Assembly: GCF_030028105.1 (NCBI RefSeq)
Contig: NC_092401.1
Location: 7,598,984 to 7,662,983 of the forward strand
Direction: 5' to 3'
Source of the DNA: Mobula birostris
Taxonomy: Eukaryota
Length of the DNA stretch: 64,000 bases
Made by a program: the position numbers and the translations under genes. The number at the start of each line of letters is the position of its first letter. Position 1 is the first letter of the stretch. This document shows, piece after piece, positions 25,888 to 36,599 of this stretch. The notes beneath the pieces were generated by a model that saw nothing but the letters and a program-made list of their open reading frames with translations, was not told where the DNA came from and searched no databases.

Positions 25888-26010
25888 TATCTGCAGATGC
25901 TGGAAATCCAAGCAACACACACAACATGCTGGAGGAGCTCAGCAGGTGAGCCAGCATCTATAGAAAAGAGTCAACAGTCGACGTTTCGGGCCGAGACCCT
26001 TCATCAGGAC
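25888..26010 (-). mobile_element. Penelope-type terminal repeat (other copies at about 2520, 3270, 27520, 32420 and 52310)
   Basis: The motif gctggagga(g/a)ctcagcagg..gcagcatctat..cagtcgacgtttcgggccgagacccttcatcagg recurs, and lies next to Penelope coding fragments elsewhere in the window. Confidence 0.7.
25977..26010 (-). ncRNA. Minimal type I hammerhead ribozyme motif in a Penelope-derived terminal repeat
   Basis: The minus strand reads GTC-CTGATGA-A-GGG TCTCGG CCC-GAAA-CGTC-GAC. This gives the CUGAUGA and GAAA cores, stem II GGG/CCC, a palindromic ACGT helix III, a GUC cleavage triplet and a 3-bp stem I GTC/GAC. Confidence 0.7.
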
Positions 26011-26114
26011 CAATGCTTTGTGTGTGTGGCACAGATACTAAGTACAGTTATCGGATTCTCTGTGAGTCCGCGTAAATACGTGTATATTGAATGTTTTTAA
26101 ATCATTTTACCTAC

Positions 26115-26181
26115 CTGTTACGATAAAGAGTAAAGTGAAAAAGAAAATTGATTCGCCCAGTGAAATCGGCCTGAAATCCAT
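26115..26181 (-). CDS. ICAM/VCAM-like gene A, exon 1 (signal peptide MDFRPISLGESIFFFTLLFIVT)
   Basis: ATG at 26181 is followed by 22 codons plus 1 nt and a donor G|GTAGGT. The peptide has a hydrophobic core, the region is CpG-rich, and the exon is the same length (67 nt) as gene B exon 1. It splices in frame to 23527. Confidence 0.8.
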
Positions 26182-26620
26182 AGCTTTCGAAAGTGCCGGC
26201 GGGATACGTTGTTTTGCCAAAACCCTCAGTCTTTGATAAACGCCAGAAAGCTCCCGAAGAGAAATCTGTTTCTCACGACTGAATAAGAGCGTCTCTATCG
26301 TCTCAGTGAGAACACGAAGCTCCAACGCTTCGAGGAAGTTCGCTCAAGCGATAATATACGGAAATGCCTGGTCTTACAAGCACCTGCAGATCTCCAGCTC
26401 ACATTCAGACTGTGATTGTGAAAGTTCTGTGAACTCGGACAATTTCCACAAGGTCTTCAACTTTCTTCCGAAACCTCAGCTCTCAGACTCTCCAAAATCA
26501 TCAGCTCAGCTTCAGTTTGTCGGAGAATTTTCCTCCCGCTTTTCTTCTTCATCCCCGTCCCTGAACCGAGTCCAGCCCAAAGGCAGAAGCCATTGAGCTG
26601 ACATAATGCGTGGTCTGATC
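26182..26620 (-). promoter_or_regulatory. Putative promoter/5' UTR of gene A, with candidate GAS (TTCGAGGAA 26329-26337), overlapping ETS core (GAGGAAGT) and TTC-N4-GAA (26463-26472)
   Basis: CpG-enriched non-repeat sequence directly upstream of the ATG. The motif matches are short and unvalidated. Confidence 0.4.
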
Positions 26621-26659
26621 CACCTCAGTTCCTAACCCTCCTCGCAATGAGTGGGTGTT

Positions 26660-27620
26660 CGTGCCGGGTCCATAGGACCATTAGACAGAGGAACAGAATT
26701 AGACCTTTCGGCCCATCGACTCAGCTCAGAAATTTCATCATGGCTAATAAATTTCCCTCTCACCCCCATTCTCTTGCCTTCTCCCCGTGACTCATCAAGA
26801 ACCTATCTGTCTCTGCTTTAACTTTGCCCAATCACTTCGCCTCCATCGTCGCCAATGGCAGAAAATTCCACAGATTGACCACGCTCTGGCTAAAGAAATT
26901 CTTCCTCATCTCCGTTCTAAATGGACGTCCCTCTATTCTGAGGCTGTATCCTCTGATCTTAGACTCCCCCAGCATTGGAAATATCCTCTGCACATTCCTC
27001 CTCCAATGCCTTTCAACATTGGATAATTTTCAGTGAGGTCATCCCTCATTCTTCTGAATTCCAGTGAGTAGAGGCCCAAAACTACAAGCATTCTTCGTAT
27101 GATAACATAACTCTTTCTATTCTGGAACCCTCTGCAGCACAACTTTTTTTTAGATAAGGGGCCTAAAATTGCTCACGATACCCCAAGTGAGGCTTCACCA
27201 GTGCCTTATAATTTCTTGGCAATCCATCCTCGTTTTTATATTCTCGTCCTCTTGAAATGAATGTTAACATTGCCTATGACTTCCTCACCACTGACTTAAC
27301 CTGCAAATTAACCTTTAGAGCAGGGGCGCCCCTCCTCCTTCCCTTTCTCCAATGGTACACTCTTCCGTCCTATCAGATTCCTCATTCTTCAGCCCTTCAC
27401 CTTTTCCACCTATCACCTCTCAGCATCTCACTTCCTTCCCCCATTCTGCTCCTATCTTGCTTCTAGCTAGCATACTCCCCTTCTCCCCGAACCGCTTATT
27501 CTGGGTTCTTCCTTCTCTCTTTCTAGTCCCACAGAAGTGTTTCATCCCGAAAGGTCAATTACTTCTCCATTTTCATAGCTGATGCCTGACCTGCCGAGTT
27601 CCTTAAGTACTCTGTGTGTG
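26660..27620. mobile_element. CR1 3' fragment (minus strand) followed by a Penelope 3' fragment (plus strand)
   Basis: LGLYSLEFRRMRDDL on the minus strand. A pyrimidine-rich Penelope tail and degenerate terminal repeat lie at 27330-27620. Confidence 0.65.
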
Positions 27621-29446
27621 TTGCTTCACAAAGTTCCACCACCAGCTCCCTCCTCTACACTCCCTGCACACTCACGGCATGTGGCCAGATCCTGCCGAAC
27701 CTGCTGTTATAAGAATATTAATTAATACCCTAGTATGATAAGTTGAACCGTATTTCACCCCTTTATGATCTTATATCCTATTTAATCTTCTGTACCACTC
27801 TCTCTGGTAGTACCTTTGATGTCTGGCATGCTGCTCCCTACTAGACAGGGTGGACGGGCATCACTGGTCCTCATCCATCTCCTAAATCTCTCACGTGTTG
27901 GCTCCAAGCGCCATAGCCCGGTAGACCGCTTCAGCTGGCGGGCTAAACCACGTGAGGGGGTGGTGTTAACACGGCACCACTGGGCGAGTGACTTTCATGA
28001 TGAAGTCGCCGGCCCGGACGGAAAGTTTCTCAGATGAACTATAACGGCCACGTGTTCACGACCAAGGTGAGCCACCGAGTTGGAGGAAATCGGCTGTGGC
28101 CAAACCTGGAGAGGGATGGGCTCTGCCAGGTTTCTGATGCCCAAGACACGCCGTATGACGAGCACACCAAAAAGCTGGTGCAAAGCTCGTCATGACGGCG
28201 CCCCGATGACTCCACCAGGAGTTATGGGCGCAAGAAAAAGAAGAAGAAGACACTTTCTCTGTAGCTGTTTCCTTTATTCTCCATTCAGATATTGTTTTAC
28301 CATGTGCTCCCTCAATGCATTATGCACTGGTCTGTTCTGTTTGAGCAGTGTCTTGGGTTGACTGCGGCAGACTCTGGGCGTCCCTCATTAGCGTCACTGA
28401 CCATCGCAGAACCCACAGGAAAGAGTGGAAGCAACTTGTCCACAGCCACAGGAGTAGTCAGAGAAGAAAGATCTGTGTCCCGTAAATACATTGCATGAAT
28501 TAATACCAGCAAAAGGGAGGAGGTTATCATTGTAATTGTGTAAAGGAGAATATTCCTTCCATCTTCATACCATGCCCCATGCAGAACTGCCCAATGCACC
28601 TGGCTGCCAGCTCCCAATGGTGAAGGGAATTCGCGGCAGGTGGAGGACATTTGGCCCCTCAGGCCAGGCTGATGGTTTTCCTTTGCTCCACCCTACCACA
28701 CTGCGTCAACACTGCGAAGCATTACAAGAGCTTACGATCCATGCCTTTCCACGATGTGAGTGCTGAACATCAAGAGCTGTCGGGCACTGGAAATGAGACT
28801 GATGGGTGGAGTAAGCATCAGCCCATCAAAAGGCAGCCACATTGTTGAGTTGACCCAGTTAGTCTCAGAACAAATTCCAGGTTTAATCGAGGCAGGGAGT
28901 CAAAAGCTGGATTCGTTGTTAACTTCATTTAATTTTTGTCCATCCTTAATTTGCCTTGAGAGTGTGGTGGTCAGGCAGCTCTTTGCACTGCTGTAATCCT
29001 TTGGCAAAGATTTCCTCCCAGACTTCTAAAACAGGTTCTCACAGTAATGATGGACAATGGCAGTGGGTTCCCATGTTAAGATGGTCTTTGACACGGGAGA
29101 ATCTGAAGGAGGTGAAGTTCCAAGGTACCTACTTGTAGAACTATACCACAGCAGTTGGCATGAAACGCTGTTTTACGACATCATTACTTCTGACCCTTGA
29201 TAAACCCTACAAATATTAGTCACATAGTAGCAACATAATTCATATGTACCCAAAAAGTAGCATTCCTCCAAGATGGACTAGTAGAACACAGAAACAGGCC
29301 TCTTGGTCTAGGTCTTATCACCTGGGGTAAAGTCTCTGACTACACACCCCTTCTCTTCTGTGATACACTAGAGAAAACAATTTAACTTTATTTGTTTATT
29401 TTAAATACTTTTAGAGATATAGCGTAAAGCAGGCTCTTTCAAATCA

Positions 29447-30725
29447 TGTCAAGGTCCGGATCGGGGTCCCTTTAAATTTACCTTGTTTATGTTACGATCC
29501 AGACCGTTGATTCCCCGTTTTCCCGTGTCCCTCGACTTTGGTGATTAGAGGCAATTAACGCTCGGCTGAACCGGTAGTTTACAGTCTCCGGGTTTCAGCC
29601 GTTCGGTGTGGGAGTGTTTGTAAAGTCACGGTGTGTCAATGTTATCTAGCTGGAGTAAACCTGGTCTCTGCCCGAAGTGAGTGCCGGTAATTCGCCTTTC
29701 CTCACCGGAGCAACCCTGTCCAGTTACCTCGCCGAAGCGAGCCTGCAAACTTTCCTCTTCAAGGTGGGTCCGGCGGTTAACCCGCTGGAGAGAATCAAGA
29801 GCCGCTGTCTACTGTTCCCGGGCCGAGTCGAGAGCTCGGCACTACCCGGAGGTTCTAAGCACCACGCCCTGGCCCCGGCGGCATCCGAGTACCACGCCCA
29901 CACCCTGGCCCCGGTGGCATCCGAGTACCACGCCACGGTACCATGTCAAGTCCTGGCCCTGGCGGCTTCCCAGTTTTGAGTCTAGTCCTGGCCCTGGTGG
30001 TCTGTGATTCATGTCCCACCTCCTTGTCAGAATCCCTTCTGCCCCTCTTGCCTCTCGCCTCTAGCCCTCATCTGCAGCCCCAGCCTGCACTTTGGTCTAG
30101 TTCCATCACCGGGGCTAGATAGGTACTGTTTGGTGTTCATTCGTGTTGGTCTTGTCTTGTCCTTGCCTCTGTGGGGTAAATCTGACTGTCTTGCTGTTGC
30201 CCTGTGGGGAGTCATGTCTTGTCCTATCCTCTCCTCCATGGGGTAAGTCAGGCTGTCTTGCTGTTGCCCTGCAGAGGGTCATGAGTCCTGGCCCTATGTC
30301 CTGTACCCAAGTAGGGGTCCCGGCTCTCTGTTCTGTGTATCTGTCCATGGTTCCATGTACCTGTTCTCCTGAGACTGAGGCTCTGTTTTCCATGTTCTTC
30401 CTCTTCCTAGCCCATGTCATGTCCATGCCTGGTTCTGGGGTCTGAGCCTGAGGCAAGACCCAGGTACTGGGTCCTTGCCCAGCCTCTGGCTCGGAGTCCA
30501 TACCCCAGCCTCTTTATGTCTCCTCTAGTTCTGGGAGCCTATTCCGAGTCCTAGCCCAGACCCCTGGCCCCAGCCTAGTCGTAGTCCTCAGTCCCTGTCC
30601 AGTTCGCTACTCCTGCTCCTGCCTAGTTCGCCTGATATCAAACAATAAACTAAATCTAAGTAACCTCTCAAGATGTGTCTTGCATTTGGGTCCACCCTTG
30701 CTCCCAATACCCTGCCAATGTGATA
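29447..30725. mobile_element. Solo-LTR-like element of the same family as 4951-11310 and 53012-54546
   Basis: Termini TGTCAAGGTCC...TGATA, an imperfect TSD aatca/gatca, and shared internal blocks (ggggtaagtcaggctgtcttgctgtt; ttgcatttgggtcc). Confidence 0.75.
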
Positions 30726-33700
30726 GATCAATGAGCCACACCACCCAGCAACCCACTTTTTTAACATGAGCCTAATCCCAGGATAATTTTAAATGACCAA
30801 TTAACCTACTAACTGGTATGTCTTTGGACTGTGTTAGGAAATTGGAGCATCTGGAGGAAACCAAGGCAGTCATAGGGAGAACACACAGTGCTGGAATTGA
30901 AATCCAAAGTCTAACACCTGAAGCTGTAATACTGTCGTGCTAACTGCTACACCTGTTGGTCCATTCTCTCCTTACAGGTAATACACTCCAATCTAGGCAT
31001 CATCCTGGTAAACCTGTTCTGTGCCCTCTAACTCCAAAGCCTTCAAATAACTGCACACAATATTCCAAATGTGGCCAAACCAAAGTTTAATACAGCTGCA
31101 ACATGATTTCCCAATCTTTATACTCAATACCCCAAATAATGGCAGCAACAGGAGAATCTCGAGGCGTTTTACAGGTGTGTTGGAAGCAAGATGGTAAGAG
31201 TCAAAAAAAGTTATGTGCAATCAAGGACAATGGAGGGCATTTGGTCACAAAGGCAAGAGAAATGGATAAGGTCCTCAATGAGAACTTTTCATTGGTGCTT
31301 ACCAGAGAGAAGATCATAGATGATGGTAAGATCAAGGGGGAGTATGTTGATTTGGAAAAGGATAGACTTTAGTGATGGTCAGCCTGGCTTTCTCATGGAG
31401 AGGTTCCTGCTCACAAGCTTGCCTGGATTTTTTGAGGGAGTGATGCAGATAATTTGTGATGGTTCTCGAAATGCCCTCTATCGTCCAGAATTGGACCAAC
31501 ACTTTTGATTCACAATGCACCTATAAAATGCCTTGAGATTCTCCTTAATCCTACTTGGCAAGGACACTTCTTGGCCCTTTGTATTTCTCCACATTCCTGG
31601 TCAATTTCTTTCCTACTTCCTTTATTTTCTCAAGGGCTTTGTCTGATTTCAGCTTCTTAAACATTGCTTATGCACCCTTTATTTTTCACTATACATTCAA
31701 TAACTCTTGTCACTCATGCTCACCAATGCTTCCTATGTTTTACATTTCACCCACACAAGGACATGCACGTCCTGAACTCTAATCAATTGGCCTATAAAAC
31801 ACACTCATCTCTGGACAGGACTATAATTAAATACATAGTACTTCATGAGAACAGGAAAAGATGCACATTATTTTTATGTCAGCATTTTTTACTGTCACAG
31901 TAAAGACAATACATAATACAGAGTAACCAACTTCTGCATCAAATATTTTCAACTTTTGCAAGTTCCTCAGAGAAGCTTATCAAAAAGTACAGATGTCTAA
32001 AGAAGCATGTAAGCCTGAGGACTGGAAGCAGTTTAGGAAGCAGGGATATTGACCAAGATAAGATAAGGAGGGAGTATTTAGAACAAAGACGAAGATACAA
32101 GAAACGCGATATTGACATTAAGGTTATTATCAGAATGAGCTATTCAAGTGCAAAAAGATTTGTCTGTTTTATCAACTACACAAAAGAATTTGAGAAGGTG
32201 AAGCATAATAAGTTATTTGAAATATTACAGGAAACTCTAGATCTAGATTCGAAAGACCACTGCCTAATCAGAAATCTGTACTGGAAACAAACACTGATGT
32301 CCCAAGAATCTATAAGCCTGAGGACTGGAAGCAGCTTTGGAAGTAGGGATATTGACCAAGAAAAGATAAAGAGGGAGTATTTAGAACAAGAATAAAGAGA
32401 AAGAAGATAGTAAAATTATAACTGCCTGCATCAGATATTCAACTGGCAGAAATCTGCAGGGTGTTCAAGCAGCATCAGTGGGAGAAAAGGAAATGTTGTT
32501 TTGAGTTGAAGCCCTTCATCATGACAGAGTGGGAGAAGTGAGATGGTCCCTCAGGATGAGTGGTGAGACAGACCAAAGTGATTAGTGAGCTGACAAGGTG
32601 GAAGGTGATAGATCACTGTGCCAGGTCGAGGAGGAAAAAGGCTTGGAGTGCAGTTAGACAATGGCAAGTGAATTAGATGGAGGCAGAAAAAGAGAGGGGA
32701 AAATTGAGGGGCAGGTGGAGCAAGGTGGGAGGAGGGGATTGTGGAGACAGGTACAGTAGGTAGATAAGCAAGAACACAAAGGGCCACCAGTACTGGTATC
32801 TTATAAGCAAGGAGTTGAGATTGGGATCTATTAGTAGGGAGGTGGATGGCAGATAGAGGACCAGATGGGGAAGGGAGGCTGAGTCTGTGGGCCAACTGTG
32901 TGTGGATGGAACAAGGATGGTGAAGGGAATATAGATAGATCATGAGGGTTGATGGAAAGGGTGGGGCAATGGTTTCTGCAATTGAGGGAAATGGGACAAA
33001 AATGGGTAGAGCAGAGGAATATTGGAAGGGGAAGGGTGAGGGTTCAATGGTTCCATTTAATATCAGAATGCTTACAACATACAACCTGAAATTCTTGCTC
33101 TCCAAAGACATCCTTGAAACAGAAGAAAACCCCTAAAGAATGAAAGACATAAAAGAAACTAAGAACCCCAAAGCCCCCTGCCTCCCACTAGATAGATCTA
33201 ACAACTTGATCAAGACTCGTTGTATCATTACAATAATGTTTTTGCCAGCTCTTTTTAGAGGAATCGAGTTCTGTGCTATTTCTGGTACTTGCACCAGGAA
33301 GGGAGATTGAAACGGATCATGAAGACCTTAACATAATTAACGTCACTAAGGAATGAATGGAGAGAGTGAGGTGACTCAAAACTGGCCGGTCCCTCTCACC
33401 TGACGGTCTTTATCCAGAGAAGTTTAAGAATTGACTGCAGAGATAATGTTACATTTTTACGATATCCCCAAATCCCCGCGAATCTGGAGCTGCCTCAGTA
33501 AACTGAAAGGTAGAAAATATAACATTGCAATTTGGTCAGAAATAGAGAGAATATATTGAACTAATCTGCAGTCAAACTGACATCAGGTTTTTGCCACTTG
33601 CTTGAATCCAGGATGTGTTAATAGAGCTCAAAGTAAATCAGGAATGTCTATGATCCAAACTTCATTCCCATTGTTGTGCAGGACAATTGCAATCTCAGTG

Positions 33701-34434
33701 GCTTTCACTGCTGTTCCAGTTGTCAAGTGATGATCTAGTATCCGTGGGAGTCATTGTTACACACTGGTTCCGACTGCCCCCTCCCCCTCCCAAAGCAGAG
33801 CATTCTTGGCAATGATTATATTAGATTAGATTATGAGGACACTCAGTCCTTGCTCATTGTCATTAAGAAATGCATGCATTAAAAAATGATACAATGTTCC
33901 TCCAGAATGATATCACAGAAACACCGGACAGACCAAGACTAAAACTGACAGAGCCACATAATTATAACATATAGTTACAACAGTGCAAAGCAATACCGTA
34001 ATTTGATAAAAAGCAGACCATGGACACGGTAGAAAAAAAAGTCTCAAGTCCCGGTAGCCCCATCATCTCATGCAGACGGTAGAAGGGAGAAACTCTCCCT
34101 GCCATGAACTTCCAACCACCACAAACTTGCCGATGCATTGGAAGCACCCGACCGCAGCCGACTCTGAGTCCGTCTGAAAACTCCAACCAGCCCTCCAACA
34201 CCGAGCACCAAGCACCAACCTCTGCCGAGCGCTTCGACCAACGAGCAGGTAAAATAGAGCTACGTATTAACACTGCAGCCAGAAGCTTTCCTCGATAAGA
34301 ATAAGATCTACAGCATCATTAGAACATCTCCCCACAATCAGCATGTTATGCCATTCATATTGAATATTCTTGTCTTAAACACTTGTGCATTACATTACAT
34401 TTCCAGCATTGTTTTTCTAAATTAGACTCCCAGC

Positions 34435-34550
34435 TCATTGCCTTTCGTGTCTGCATTTCTTGCAGATGGTCAGTGATAGAGTGATGAGGATTCCAGCAAT
34501 TACCAAAGGTAGAACTACTGGAATTATCCATGTTGGTAACCCGGGTGAAT
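34435..34550 (-). CDS. Gene B terminal coding exon: stalk, transmembrane helix and short tail (DSPGLPTWIIPVVLPLVIAGILITLSLTICKKCRHERQ*)
   Basis: Acceptor gattgttttatag|AT is phase-compatible with exon 5. It encodes about 22 hydrophobic residues, a basic stop-transfer segment, then TGA. Confidence 0.8.
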
Positions 34551-34899
34551 CTATAAAACAATCACAAAGGCAGTTGTACAAGTCATTGACAATTGAATTT
34601 ATATAATCATTGACATTGATTATAAAACTATTGATTATTCTCAAAACACATATTTTTCCCTGATTCTCATATTTGCCACTCAATCCTCGTGCCTGATATT
34701 TATTCCCACATCTTCATGTTCAAAATTGACTTACATCTATGTAATGAATTTCACAATATCTTAGTGTTTTATGGCTAATGAATAGATTTCTGAAGAGTAT
34801 CTGTTGCGAGAAATTCAGAAATTAATAAGCATACTAAAACCACCCAGAAACAACAGAACCATGATGAGATAATCATTTTAGAGTGCCGTAGAGGCTTTT

Positions 34900-36400
34900 C
34901 TACTTTTATGGGATAACATCTTTCCCACAGGAATAATCTTTTCTTCAGTATAAAATTCTTGGTTGGAAATCTGCAGCCTTCAGTTCAGTGTCTTTGAAAT
35001 ACTGGTCAAACTTACTATGTGAAATGACTGAGACAGCTGAGCCAGTATCTCATTCCATTTTCATAAATTTTCCATTCACTCTGTGTAAGCCATATTGCTG
35101 TCTGTTGTTTGTTTACACACTGTAAATCTCAAGGCTACATAGTCCTGTCTCACTCTCATCACTCTCACATTTTTCATCAACAACACACAGACTGGTGCTG
35201 CTTTTGGAACTAAAACTTGACTTTTTATCTCTTTCTCTTTCCTGTGCAATCCATTTATTTTTGTCCACCTGACATGCTCTTTGCATTTGACCTAATTGTT
35301 GCATTTTCTGCGAGTTCCGCCTTTAAATCTGGATTTGTTTGGTGTATATGAGCTGCTGGCACAATGGTAACATAACTTGTTTGACTAGGTTGGTTTCTGT
35401 ATAGACGCTGCAAAGTTATTCATGCTCACTTTCCTTCCTGAGTGCAACTCAATTGCATCACTGTCTGCAGTTTCCATTAAAACAGCCATTTCAACTGCAC
35501 TTTCAAATACAAGTTGTGCTTCAGTTAGGAGCAGTTTTAGAATGTTTTCTTTTGAGATTCTACAAATGAAACAATCTCCCAGTGCACCATTAAGCGAATT
35601 AGCAAACTGACAATGCACAGACAATCTCTTCAATTCAGCCACATATGCTGAAAAGGACTCCCCTTCTTTTTGATTCCACTTCTGAAACCCAAATCATTCT
35701 ACAATAAACAATAGCTTTGGTTTCAAGTGTTCCTGTATTACTTTGACAACATCAGGAAGGGTCAGTTTGGCTGGTTTAGTTGGAGCAGTAAACTTTGAAG
35801 CAAACTGTATGCCTTGAAACTCAAAGCATTTAACAAAATTGGTACTCATTTCTCATTGACTATTTCATCTGTTTCAAAATACTGTTACAATAGCTCAGTA
35901 TACATGAGCCAATTACCCGTGGTGTAATCCAACAAGTCGATCTTTCCGAAATAGCCGGCCATTTCTGATTTTTAATGATTATTATCATCCAGTACTCACA
36001 CTTTATGAACCCTGAATTTTTCCATTAATGGCCTTTTTTCAAACTCGACATCTCTGCGTGTGTTGGCTGCATTCTCTTACTCGCTGTCTCTTTTTTAGTT
36101 CAAACATCTTATTGTGCTTTAACAGGTCAAAGGCCACCTCATGTTCATTTTGAAGCACCTTGATGCCAATGTTATATTTTGTAACTTCAAAACGTTAAAC
36201 TAATTCAAAGGCAGACACTGGAGTCTGAAACGCAGTTCTCACTTCGAGTTCACTGGTAAGCGCGGTGCACCCATATGGTTCTGATGGGATGAGGAGCCTG
36301 CCTATTAACCCAGGCTTGAAACAGGAACTTAGCCCAGTGCAGTTGTCAGTAACTGGAGTTGGCAAGTGTCCTGGGAGGTTATGCGCAGGTCAGAATTGAA
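34900..36400 (-). mobile_element. Ty3/Gypsy gag remnant with adjacent LTR end
   Basis: AELKRLSVHCQFANSLNGALGDCFICRI..LLTEAQL..AVEMA. An LTR-like ...TAACA|TTGGCATC junction lies at about 36169. Confidence 0.7.
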
Positions 36401-36599
36401 GAGTTTGTTTTGTGTTGAAGTCGGCAGTAAGCCTGTGGAACCGTTGCCAACCACAGGATACTGATGTTCTCATATAGTCATAGTGGAGAAACCTCCCCCC
36501 ATCGGCAGAAAGAGAGATTTTCAGATCTGCGAACGCTTTGATACCTGGCTTGTGTACAAGAGCATTCAAACCATTAAGGAAAGTTCCCACTAGGCAACT

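Noticed and set aside
27995-28030. Second hammerhead-like motif (atgatga agtc...gac ggaaag)
   Set aside because: It lacks the invariant C-U of CUGANGA and has no helix I/III or NUH site.
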